Source: Candidatus Alkanophaga liquidiphilum
Lineage (GTDB): Archaea; Halobacteriota; Syntropharchaeia; Alkanophagales; B39-G2
NCBI GenBank assembly: GCA_029259535.1
Contig: JAPHEF010000002.1
Coordinates: forward strand, 11,308-75,307
Direction: 5' to 3'
Length of the DNA stretch: 64,000 bases
Shown here: one piece after another, positions 1-8,470 of the stretch
Numbering within the stretch: position 1 is the first letter of the stretch
How the letters are laid out: every line of letters begins with the position of its first letter
Notes under the pieces: generated by a model
Databases searched by the model: none
Seen by the model: only the letters and a program-made list of their open reading frames with translations
Told to the model about the DNA's origin: nothing
Translations under genes and position numbers: made by a program

Positions 1-1
1 G

Positions 2-145
2 AAAGAAGTGAGCATTGAGCTTGAGACGCCAACGACTGTGAAAACGAGGGGTATGAGCGCAATGGCGAGCGTGAACATGAGCTTGCAGTCCGAGGATTAC
101 GTGGCGAGCATCCCGATAAGGATTGAAAAATCGGTCAAGTATTAG
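2..145 (+). CDS. 3' end of an unidentified gene running in from the left edge (partial)
   Basis: Frame open from the window edge to TAG at 143-145 (KEVSIELETPTTVKTRGMSAMASVNMSLQSEDYVASIPIRIEKSVKY*). No start codon lies in the window and no family was recognised. Confidence 0.25.
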   Translation, partial: KEVSIELETPTTVKTRGMSAMASVNMSLQSEDYVASIPIRIEKSVKY

Positions 146-510
146 CGTGAGCTTCCGTCCTTTCCCCTACCCGGTTGCTGATGTATAACGTTTTGCGGAG
201 ATACGAAGTTCGGCTTTGCCGAATTTGGGCGTAGGTGCGAAGCACCGTAGCCGTATGTCCGCTGTTAGGCGATGTTGCTCATGCCCTTTCATAAGCTTCT
301 AAGAATTCTTCTCTTTTTATCCCTGCTTGCCGACAAATTACTCTTAGGGTTGAGCCTTTTATCCTCTCATGATTTGGCATTGTTAGGGGAGTTTTAGTTC
401 CATCAGGATTCCCTCTTATCATTGATATGCTTTCCAACTCTAACAACTTTAACCAAGGGCTTCAAATGCTTTTATAACCTTGCGGCTGGGTGCATCCCTT
501 GGAAATTTCA

Positions 511-717
511 TTATACTACCACTTCTGCAATGAATGTCTCCACAACTTCTTCGTCTTCAAAGACGTCCTTTCCAAAAGTTTCTATGTGGAATTTGATTGC
601 TGATTTTACGTTTTGTAGAGCTTCTTCGTATGTATCTCCCTCGCCAACCACCACTCCCTTTAAACCTACGGGATATAAGCTACGTATCCTTCCGGATGTT
701 TTTCAACTATGATTTTC
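511..717 (-). pseudogene. HicB-like antitoxin (UPF0150 family), frameshifted
   Basis: Minus-strand translation reads ...IVEKHPEGYVAYIP, hits a stop, and resumes in another frame as GLKGVVVGEGDTYEEALQNVKSAIKFHIETFGKDVFEDEEVVETFIAEVVV*. The GEGDTYEEA..IKFHIE segment is a typical HicB core. A one-base frame change lies near 665-670. Confidence 0.4.
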
Positions 718-1067
718 AATTCCATGTTTACACCTCACTTTTATGGAACTATTAAGCCTTATAAGGGTATATCCACTTCTACCCAGTTGCCTTTAAATTC
801 AAGATGCACTTCTTGACAATCATTTTTCTCGCTCCCTTCGACATTCCGCACAACGTTTTGCGGGTATGTGAGGTATGAGAGGGAACCGTATACCCGCCTG
901 TTAGACGAAGTGTTTCATGCGAGCAAAATCTTTTCTGCCTCTTCCCTGTAAGCCTCCATTAGGGAATTCCTGAAATTTTCGCAGCCTCCTCGGTCAAAGC
1001 CATTAAGTCGCTGCGAGATATCGTTGAAATTTTGAAGTTTCTGCTGCCTGCCATTAATTGCTGCTAC

Positions 1068-2684
1068 TCATGACGTCAATATCTCCTCGAACAACTCCGC
1101 CTCGATTTCATGCATCATTGGTATCCCGGTGACTTCGGATGCGAGCCTGCTCAATGCCGCAATATCACTTCTATCTATCAAATCCAGCTTGAACTTGCGG
1201 ACGCCAGCGAGCAACTGCTTTAAGCCGAGTCCTATCCTCTCGCTAAGATATGTGTAAACACCAACCGCAGACCATGGTATTTCCTTACCTACCTTACTCC
1301 CATATTCATTTTTCAGCTCATCAGCGACGATAAAAAATCTCTCCGGGCTGGTGCCATATTTATCGGCGAAATCTCTCGGTAATCTGCCCTTTTCTGCGAG
1401 TTCCGTGAAATAGAGCGACTTCATCGCTGCCGTCAACGGCGACCTTCCCATTGTGATAGATTTCACGAAGGGTCCTTTGCCATTGTTTCCATCGAAATTG
1501 CTAAGCGCTATCGCCTTAAATATCTGCGTCTCGTTGATGAACCCGCCAGCCATGCTTATATCAGGCACGTATTTCCCCGCTCGCTCCAATATCCTTGCAC
1601 ACTTCAATACCTGCGCTTCTAAATATACGGTAGGCGTGCTCATCTCGTTCATCATCGGCACTGGACTCATACCTGTGCCGCCACCAGCGCCATCGAACGT
1701 TATATAATCCACTTTGGCTTCAGATGCCACTTTCATCGTCCATGCAACGTCCACAGGACGATAAGCCCCTGTTTTTATCGTTACGCATTTTGCTCCTATG
1801 CTACGAAGCCATTCAACATCTTCTACAAAACCGCGTTCCTCCGGGAATCCCACACGGCTGTGCCGCTCGAACGTCTTGAACAAGCCATCTTTGAACGCCT
1901 CTTGAACCACAGGGTCTTCAGGGTCTGGCAGCACAATATATCCTCTCTTCTTCAGTTCCAACGCCCTTTCAAGCGAAGATACGCGTATTTCTCCGCCTAT
2001 CGCCTTTGCTCCCTGCCCCCATTTCCTCTCTATTATATTCACTTCCAACTTGGACACCACATACTCATCCACACCGAACCTCTGGTCTTCTACATTTGTT
2101 TGCACCGCCACATCTCCGTATTTGCCGTCCCAGTATTCCTTGAAAAGTCTCACCCTCCGTTCCATCTCCGGCGATTTCGTCACTTTTCCGTTCGTGAATA
2201 CCGATTCTTTGTCAACACCGCAAACGTTCTCCCCGATAATTATTATTACTCCTGAGAGCGCAGCACCGATAGCAAGAGCATCCCAGTTGTTTCTTGCAAC
2301 ATCCGTAGACCCGAATGCGCCAGTTGCCAGCGGTATTTTCAACGGAATGCCCCCTATCTTCGATTCTATATCCACGTTATGGAACAAAGCGACATCCGGC
2401 TCCGGCTCGATGCCTTCTGCGCCTCGCAACCGCGAAAGGATGTTGAAGTCGGACCAATCGAGTCCATAATTCTTGTTCGACGCCGCAGTGCTCCATCCAA
2501 ACTGCTCTGGCTCCGGATACAATACCTCTCGTCCCCTGAACGCGCTCTTCCCGATTTCGCAGAGCACCGTGCACTCCTTCACGCATATCGGACACATCCC
2601 GCTCAGCGTATTCACGTCTCTCCTTCTCACGGACGTTCCCGTGGTGGACCTCGCATTCGCATATATGTCCGCCATTTCAATCAC
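1068..2684 (-). CDS. gltB: Glutamate synthase large-subunit domain 2 (FMN-binding central domain), archaeal stand-alone type
   Basis: 538 aa. N-terminal Cys cluster (CPICVKECTVLC), then an FMN/TIM-barrel region with GAGGGTG and FDGAGGGTGMSP motifs typical of GltS domain 2. Overlaps the upstream frhB-like gene by 8 bp, indicating an operon. Confidence 0.85.
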   Translation of the reverse strand: MIEMADIYANARSTTGTSVRRRDVNTLSGMCPICVKECTVLCEIGKSAFRGREVLYPEPEQFGWSTAASNKNYGLDWSDFNILSRLRGAEGIEPEPDVALFHNVDIESKIGGIPLKIPLATGAFGSTDVARNNWDALAIGAALSGVIIIIGENVCGVDKESVFTNGKVTKSPEMERRVRLFKEYWDGKYGDVAVQTNVEDQRFGVDEYVVSKLEVNIIERKWGQGAKAIGGEIRVSSLERALELKKRGYIVLPDPEDPVVQEAFKDGLFKTFERHSRVGFPEERGFVEDVEWLRSIGAKCVTIKTGAYRPVDVAWTMKVASEAKVDYITFDGAGGGTGMSPVPMMNEMSTPTVYLEAQVLKCARILERAGKYVPDISMAGGFINETQIFKAIALSNFDGNNGKGPFVKSITMGRSPLTAAMKSLYFTELAEKGRLPRDFADKYGTSPERFFIVADELKNEYGSKVGKEIPWSAVGVYTYLSERIGLGLKQLLAGVRKFKLDLIDRSDIAALSRLASEVTGIPMMHEIEAELFEEILTS

Positions 2685-3774
2685 CTGTTTGCAACGTAAA
2701 AGAATACGGATTGGTTAAACACGCTGAACAAATCCCCATCTGGTCTAGCATCATGCCGTAATTCCTCATCTTCTTATTAAAAGCGAGCCTTTCTATCTTT
2801 TTTATCCCCGCATCATCCAGCTTCTTCGTTTCTATTGCCCTTTTTGAAACACTTACGAGCTCCTCTCCCGCGTTTGTCTTGATTATTAATGAAGTGCATC
2901 CATCTGGCGAACCAGACGAGCCTGCGGAAACATCCGCAAGCTGTGCGGTGAAATCCTCGCATATCCTGCATGTGTCCCGCATGCAAAGTTCCAGTTCTTT
3001 AGTCGGAATACTGTGCTCTTCGTCCTTTGTAACCACCACGAATTTACCCTTTGAAACGCAAAACCTCTCTACCTCTTTGATGTTTATTCCCCGTTCTGCG
3101 AGGAACGCCACCAAATCACGATGCCAGAAAGCCTCGGTGCAGAAAAGTCCGATTAAGACCTTCACTCTGTCAAGCTCCAGAGCAGGGTCATGCAACGCCT
3201 GAAGCCTTCTCACCGCCTCTATATTACAGCCCGTGCCGACCATAGCGATATTTTCATACCCGCGGTCTATCGCCTCCCATACACCAAGAACAGAAGGACA
3301 GGCAGTGTATTTTGAACCCACGCCGCGCAAAACTTCTTCCGGTGTAGTGGCGACGAAAGGCTCCGCTTTCCAATCTTCTGTCCGCACAGCGACAACCGCA
3401 GCATCTATAAATCCTCTTTCCAACGCCTCACAAAGCATTGCAGTTATAGCACCGCCGTCCTGCCCCGCCTCTCTTACGCCTTTCTCTCTTGCTCTCGCAC
3501 TTATTATCTCTTTATAGTGTCCCAAGATTCGTCTCTCAGGACTGGATGCACGAGGGCTGAAATCACATACTTCCGTCCTCGGGCAATCCCCCTCACATAA
3601 ACGGCAAGCTGCGAATGAGCGGGGACAAAAACTGAAACAAAAGCCTTTTGACGCCGTCCCACCGCCGCAGCCCTTGTCAAACACCACTTCTTCCTCCTTA
3701 TACTTCTCGAAAGGTATGAACGCTGCACACGCACCACAGTAGCAGCACACTGGGAAGTTTCTAACGCTTGCCAT
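2677..3774 (-). CDS. Coenzyme F420 hydrogenase/dehydrogenase beta-subunit family protein (FrhB/FpoF-like); putative F420-dependent partner of glutamate synthase
   Basis: 365 aa with an N-terminal CxxC...C iron-sulfur motif, a GTGCN motif and FrhB-like C-terminal cysteines. Translationally coupled to the gltS domain-2 gene. Confidence 0.75.
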   Translation of the reverse strand: MASVRNFPVCCYCGACAAFIPFEKYKEEEVVFDKGCGGGTASKGFCFSFCPRSFAACRLCEGDCPRTEVCDFSPRASSPERRILGHYKEIISARAREKGVREAGQDGGAITAMLCEALERGFIDAAVVAVRTEDWKAEPFVATTPEEVLRGVGSKYTACPSVLGVWEAIDRGYENIAMVGTGCNIEAVRRLQALHDPALELDRVKVLIGLFCTEAFWHRDLVAFLAERGINIKEVERFCVSKGKFVVVTKDEEHSIPTKELELCMRDTCRICEDFTAQLADVSAGSSGSPDGCTSLIIKTNAGEELVSVSKRAIETKKLDDAGIKKIERLAFNKKMRNYGMMLDQMGICSACLTNPYSFTLQTGD

Positions 3775-3839
3775 TGACTTCCTTCCTCCTTTTTATCAAT
3801 ATTTCTCCTTGCCCTCCTTTTCATTTATATTAACTGCTG

Positions 3840-4112
3840 TATTTCCAATCAGGTATTAAGTGAAAATGGGCTTAAGTCAGCTGCTCCACCTAAAAGGGGT
3901 GGAGCTTGCCCGAATGCTAGGGCAACGAAGAGCTGACTAGGGGGCTCCGGAAGGAGCAGCCGCCCCGGGGGCTACAAGCACCTTGGAATGCATCAAACGC
4001 CCCAGTTCCAAGCACTGCTGGGCTTGGCAGGCTCGGTGTTGCCGTCGGGCAACTAAGCCGCCGGGGCAACCCCGAGGGGCACTAAACTCCTCATCGAGAG
4101 GAGGGTTATACC
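3840..4112 (+). ncRNA. Putative omega-RNA (HEARO-like structured RNA) of the IsrB element
   Basis: About 270 nt of GC-rich sequence, richer than its flanks, with several perfect hairpins: CTCCACC-TAAAA-GGTGGAG; long-range GTCAGCTG...CAGCTGAC; GTTGCCGTCGGGCAAC; CTCCTCATCGAGAGGAG. It ends at the isrB start codon, which is the canonical position of IscB/IsrB omega-RNAs. Confidence 0.45.
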
Positions 4113-5174
4113 GTGCAAAACCCAAGAGTTCCTGTAGTAGGGAAGGAAGGGAAGCCGAGGATGCCGACGAAGGCATCAAGGGCGAGGAGGTGGATCAAGC
4201 AAGGAAAAGCGATACCAAAGTGGTCAAAACTGGGAATATTCTATGTCCAGCTCACCGTGGCTGCGGGGGATGAAGCGCAGGATGTAGTGCTGGGATTAGA
4301 CCCGGGCTCAAGGTTTGATGGCGTTGCGGTAGTGTCCAAGAAAGAAGTGTTGCAAACAGGAATGCTTGAACTTCCAAAAGGCATAGCTAAAAAGATGGAA
4401 CAAAGAAGGCGGCAGAGAAGATTCCGCAGATACAGGAAGTGCAGAAGGCGCCCCTGTAGGTTCAACAATCGCAAACGCAAGGGAGGATGGATTGCGCCTT
4501 CGCAGAAGGCAAAGGTTGATTTTCGACTGAAAGTGGTAGAAGAGTTAAGAAAAATTTACCCAATTAGCAAAGCAGTAGTGGAGGATGTCAGATTCGACCA
4601 CTATCACAAGAGGGGGGGCAGGCACTTCTCCACCGTTGAAATAGGGAAGACCAAAGTGTATAACACGCTACGAGCTTGGTTTGGAGAGTTGGAACTCGTA
4701 GAAGGCATAGAAACAGCGAGGCTCAGAGAGAAATACAACGCCAAAAAAGCAAGAGATAAAAGAGAGCGCTCTATAAATTCACATGCCATAGATGCGTTGG
4801 TTATTGCGGCAAATGAGATAGGGTTAAAAAAACTAAAAGCGCCCTCATTCTTCGTCTGGAAACGGTATCAATATCCGAGAAGGCAACTCCATAAATTCCA
4901 GTTTGAGAAGGGAGGAAGAAGGAGGAGAGAAGGTGGAAGCATGAGCTTAGGTTTCAAGAAGGGAGACATCGTGTTATGGAAAGGCAAGTTAGCAAGGGTG
5001 GGTGGATATTTAGAATCCAAAGGAACAATTTCGCTGCATACTTTCGACGTGGACAACAAACGCTTTACGCAAAATGCAAAACCAGAGGATTGTATAAGGT
5101 TATTCAACCAGAGAATAATGTACACCGCAATTCCTCTCAGCTCTAAAGAGCTTCCTTGCGGCAGGAGGTTGTGA
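4113..5174 (+). CDS. isrB: IsrB-like RNA-guided nickase (IscB homolog lacking the HNH domain)
   Basis: 353 aa. PLMP-type N-terminus (VPVVGKEGKPRMPTKASRARRWIKQGKA). RuvC-I (VVLGLDPGSRFDGVAVV). Arg-rich bridge helix (RRRQRRFRRYRKCRRRPCRFNNRKRK). RuvC-II Glu (AVVEDVRFD). RuvC-III (SHAIDALVIAAN). No HNH (no C..C...H..N..C..C insertion). Confidence 0.7.
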   Translation: MQNPRVPVVGKEGKPRMPTKASRARRWIKQGKAIPKWSKLGIFYVQLTVAAGDEAQDVVLGLDPGSRFDGVAVVSKKEVLQTGMLELPKGIAKKMEQRRRQRRFRRYRKCRRRPCRFNNRKRKGGWIAPSQKAKVDFRLKVVEELRKIYPISKAVVEDVRFDHYHKRGGRHFSTVEIGKTKVYNTLRAWFGELELVEGIETARLREKYNAKKARDKRERSINSHAIDALVIAANEIGLKKLKAPSFFVWKRYQYPRRQLHKFQFEKGGRRRREGGSMSLGFKKGDIVLWKGKLARVGGYLESKGTISLHTFDVDNKRFTQNAKPEDCIRLFNQRIMYTAIPLSSKELPCGRRL

Positions 5175-5652
5175 AAATGGGGCATCTTCACTTTCTTCTC
5201 CCACCCATATTCTGTCGTAGTATCAACATTCGAAAAGATAGCCTCGTCAGGACCCGCTTCGCCTTCCAAGCCTTTCGCTCCCCTTGCATAGCCCTGAATG
5301 CTCAAGTGAGAGTAGTCCACAGGATATTCCTTATCTGCTCCCGCAGTTATCTCCCCAAAGGGCGTGGATACAACACCTCCCTTCCTCTGAACGATGCCAA
5401 CCAGACCTCACCTTTACAGCCGTCAATGCACCTTGTGCAAAGCCCGGACATCGGAACAACGTTCCTGGAACGATTGAACTTCCCTGTTGCATCATTAGCA
5501 TTCGGTCTTCTCAGATTTCCCATCTTATTCACACCCTTAAACATTTCGCCCAACTCGTTCATATAAACGCTTCGTATATGTTCCAAATGACGACAAACGT
5601 CATAGCTTGGCAGTATATCTGAAGTCCCTTTTAAATAAGGATAAAACCACAC
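5175..5652 (-). pseudogene. Truncated, frameshifted paralog of glutamate synthase domain 2 (N-terminal ~150 codons only)
   Basis: ORF 5347..5652(-) encodes GLCTRCIDGCKGEVWLASFRGREVLYP, matching CPICVKECTVLCEIGKSAFRGREVLYP of the intact gltB. ORF 4868..5320(-) continues in another frame with EAGPDEAIFSNVDTTTEYG, matching EPEPDVALFHNVDIESKIGG. Homology stops at about 5180, next to the IsrB stop. Confidence 0.55.
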
Positions 5653-5889
5653 ACATCAGCACGCCGAGCATGAAGGGCGCTTACATCCATGTTGAGGCGA
5701 GTTCGTGGGTATATCTTGCGGTCAGGGGCAGCGTGCTCAGCCCGACGGGGGCGCAGCTCGTGCCGTGCTGCACACTCCCGAACCCCCAAAACTTCACGGT
5801 GGAAGCCTCCATCTTTAGACGAGGGAAGAGGCCACACTATCGCCAATCCTTAACAAAAGTTACATATGTAATTCCTTAAAAAGAAACTA

Positions 5890-6132
5890 ATGGGTGGGAA
5901 GATGTCTATGAGGGAGAAGGAGAAAGCGGAAGAATTGATGACCAACGCTGATTTTGCGTTAGATCTGATGTTAGGAATAGAAAGACTAGCAAGAGACTTG
6001 ACGAACAAATACAAAGATATGTTTCCAGAAGACCCTACCGAGAAAGCAAAAATATTTTGTTACTGCTTAATAGAGGGGGCATCAGCCAATATATCCAACA
6101 ATGTAAAATCCCTTGCAAGAAATCTAAAATGA
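5890..6132 (+). CDS. Hypothetical small protein in a low-GC islet
   Basis: 80-aa ORF with RBS-like GGTGGGAAG upstream. Local GC is about 38% against a window average of about 56%. No family recognised. Confidence 0.35.
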   Translation: MGGKMSMREKEKAEELMTNADFALDLMLGIERLARDLTNKYKDMFPEDPTEKAKIFCYCLIEGASANISNNVKSLARNLK

Positions 6133-6244
6133 CAAAAGGAGAAGAAGATTGAAACTGAGGAACACAGATTAATGAAGGAGGTAGTCGTAGGTGAATTAAG
6201 GAAATTAGGTTATTCTGATATATCCACAGAAGAAATTATCAAAA

Positions 6245-6643
6245 ATGCCTATCCTACAATTTTTAAGCTCTCTATGGTTTAAAGAGCTATCAAGAGATTC
6301 AGAGTTGTTAAGAGTTCGAAAAATTCTGGGGGAGCCTGATAAACACGGCTCTAAATCGAGTAGACCTAAGGTTGATATAGTAGTGAAAGAAAATAACAGA
6401 TATCTGGCTTTTTTTGAAATAGAGCGGCAATTTTATCCGAAATTTTTTCATTTCGAGAAAAAACTAAAAGGTTTAGAAGTTGCGGCTATAAAAAATGATG
6501 CTCGGTTAGTTTTCGTTGTAAAAAGTAATAGAAGAAGTTTTTACAAACTTGCAGGAATAATCCTAGATGCAATTTGGAAAGTAGATTTAGAAGAAAAGAG
6601 GATAGCAGAGAAGATCGGTTGGGATGGTAGAAAAGAAATGTGA
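6245..6643 (+). CDS. Hypothetical protein in a low-GC islet
   Basis: 132-aa ORF. An adjacent upstream short ORF (6172..6282) sits in another frame, so a frameshift may be present. No family recognised. Confidence 0.35.
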   Translation: MPILQFLSSLWFKELSRDSELLRVRKILGEPDKHGSKSSRPKVDIVVKENNRYLAFFEIERQFYPKFFHFEKKLKGLEVAAIKNDARLVFVVKSNRRSFYKLAGIILDAIWKVDLEEKRIAEKIGWDGRKEM

Positions 6644-6932
6644 GCGCTGAGGTCGCCTGAACCACCATAACTCGCCGCACAGGCTCCACGCCTTCTTCCA
6701 CCTCAGCAATCCCAATGGCGGCTGTCGTTACGAGCATGCTCACTGATGTTACGATGATAGAAAACTGTGCGGCGATATGGCGTCGCTAAAAACAGCCACG
6801 CGTAACAAGCTCATAACTTTTTAAATTATTCGTCATATTTTTTGTAAACGTTATAAACTTTATTTGAAAGGGTTTGAAATAAATATTGAAGTCTCCGACA
6901 TTGCTTTTTGAGAAACTTCCACAGTAAAAGGG

Positions 6933-7271
6933 ATGGAGGAGTTGAGTTTCAGAGTGCGGCGGCGGCATCTTGACGTGCTGTTTGCGCTTGCATTCTCGTG
7001 CAGCTTCGGCGCACTCACGCTCACGCACTACTTGCTTGCAAATGGCTTTGTAGAGATGGGGCTGTTGGCAGGGCGTTTCTACATGTTCATAAGCTGGCTG
7101 TTCGCCGCACAATGGGCGTGCCTCTTTGCGATATACCTCGTGTTGAGAAGCGGGCGCTTCGTTCGTTCCGACGCCGACGCCGCCATCACGACGCTTTTCC
7201 CTATACTCCTTTTCTTCTTCTGCTTCGTAGATTTCTGGAACGACGTGCTTGTACTGCTTTTCTCATCCTAG
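6933..7271 (+). CDS. Hypothetical small membrane protein
   Basis: 112 aa with three predicted hydrophobic helices. GC returns to the genomic level here. Competes with the antisense ORF 6786..7112. Confidence 0.3.
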   Translation: MEELSFRVRRRHLDVLFALAFSCSFGALTLTHYLLANGFVEMGLLAGRFYMFISWLFAAQWACLFAIYLVLRSGRFVRSDADAAITTLFPILLFFFCFVDFWNDVLVLLFSS

Positions 7272-7313
7272 TTCGGAGCAGAGATGCTTGTTCTAATTCC
7301 TCAAAAGCTCACC

Positions 7314-8366
7314 TCAGAAAAACTTTCTCATCCGCTCCGCGACATCTTCGGGCATCGTCTCTATTACCCACTCGTAGTGGAATCTTTCCATGAAGCCAGT
7401 ATCGCTCGTGTAAAAAGCTCTGAATCTCGGTCTTGAGATGATTCTCGCATGTAACGAGTAATAATCTTCTTCACCGCCGTTGATGCTTCCGGAGAAGGTC
7501 GTGACGTTGAATGAGTTAACGCCGCTCTTCTTGTAGCAGCGCAGCACCCTAACGAGACACTCCGCAAAGTTCCTAATCTGCCGCTCGTTAAGGTTTGCGA
7601 GCGAGCTCACGCCCTTGAAAATCAGCATAACCTCGTTATTCCCGAGTGGCGCGAAGCTTGCGAGCGCCACGACGCCGTCGACACCGCTGCCAATTTCGCC
7701 TATAAACCTCTCACCGACGGCTTTCTCCTCCTCGACGAGCGCCGCCCAATAGTTTCTGCCAGCCCCCTCAAAGTATGTCCTACTGTTTTCCAGCAGCCTG
7801 CGCTGGAAGGGTGTCGGACGTTCTTCAACAAGCACTTGGACGTGCGGGTGTATGATGCTCGCCGCCGCCGACGGCAGGTGGTTCCAGTTCCAAATCGGGT
7901 ATTTTGCGCTCCTGTCGTATTTATAGACGGCGTTTACGAACGCGATGCTCGCTTTCAGGTTGCTTTCTATGATTTTCACGGAGAACTCATGCAGGTCGAG
8001 GAAGTGGTCTTCTGAGAACGTGACGACGGCATGATATTTTCCGAAGGGGAAGAGGTTAGGGAACGCACAGCTACTACCGACGACAATACGCCCCTCATAG
8101 AAACCCGTGAACTTAGGAGTGGCGCTCTTAAGCCGCTCAGGGCAGAAAAAGCAGCCCTCTCTCGTCCGCTTTATCATCTCATCTACTTCCTCTTCCGCCT
8201 CCTCAACCTGCTTCACCCTTTTCGAGCGAGCCACGTTTATCCGGCACTCCACGCCGGTAAAAGCATCTCTACGGTATTCTATTTCATGCTCATCGGCAGC
8301 AAATCCACGCAGCGGACTTAAAAACCTTGCTACTCTTACTAACTTTTCCTTTCCAGAACCTGTCAT
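7314..8366 (-). CDS. Galactose-1-phosphate uridylyltransferase-like HIT-family nucleotidyltransferase (GalT family)
   Basis: 350 aa with an HIT-type HPHVQV (HxHxQ) active-site motif and a CFFCPE zinc-knuckle-like motif in the N-terminal half. Length and two-half architecture match GalT. Confidence 0.7.
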   Translation of the reverse strand: MTGSGKEKLVRVARFLSPLRGFAADEHEIEYRRDAFTGVECRINVARSKRVKQVEEAEEEVDEMIKRTREGCFFCPERLKSATPKFTGFYEGRIVVGSSCAFPNLFPFGKYHAVVTFSEDHFLDLHEFSVKIIESNLKASIAFVNAVYKYDRSAKYPIWNWNHLPSAAASIIHPHVQVLVEERPTPFQRRLLENSRTYFEGAGRNYWAALVEEEKAVGERFIGEIGSGVDGVVALASFAPLGNNEVMLIFKGVSSLANLNERQIRNFAECLVRVLRCYKKSGVNSFNVTTFSGSINGGEEDYYSLHARIISRPRFRAFYTSDTGFMERFHYEWVIETMPEDVAERMRKFF

Positions 8367-8470
8367 TTTCTCCCCTCTTTTATATAAGGACAGAACTTAA
8401 GGATGTTTAAACGATGTATAAAAAATTGCGTTTTTCGGCAAACTTTATATAATACATCCTAAATTTTTCA
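8367..8470. promoter_or_regulatory. Divergent promoter region with two TATA-like boxes
   Basis: TTTTATATAA (8378-8387) and CTTTATATAAT (8444-8454). The second lies about 26 nt upstream of the ATG at 8471, consistent with a leaderless transcript. Confidence 0.4.

Larger units (their letters stand above)
3800..5180 (+). mobile_element. IS200/IS605-superfamily OMEGA element of IsrB type, with no TnpA
   Basis: Comprises the structured RNA plus the IsrB ORF. It lies between the frhB-like start (3774) and a truncated gltS paralog whose homology ends within a few bp of the IsrB stop. Confidence 0.55.

Noticed and set aside
422-712. 96-aa plus-strand ORF
   Set aside because: It is antisense to the HicB-like coding sequence, low-complexity (S/T-rich), and has no RBS or promoter context. 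It is most likely an antisense artefact.
3504-3824. 106-aa minus-strand ORF overlapping the frhB-like gene start
   Set aside because: It lies inside, and out of frame with, a well-supported conserved gene. Its Arg-rich composition is typical of GC-rich antisense frames.
4868-5320. 150-aa minus-strand ORF proposed as an independent gene
   Set aside because: Only its first ~47 codons carry signal, namely the continuation of the gltS paralog fragment. The remainder is antisense to the IsrB coding region.
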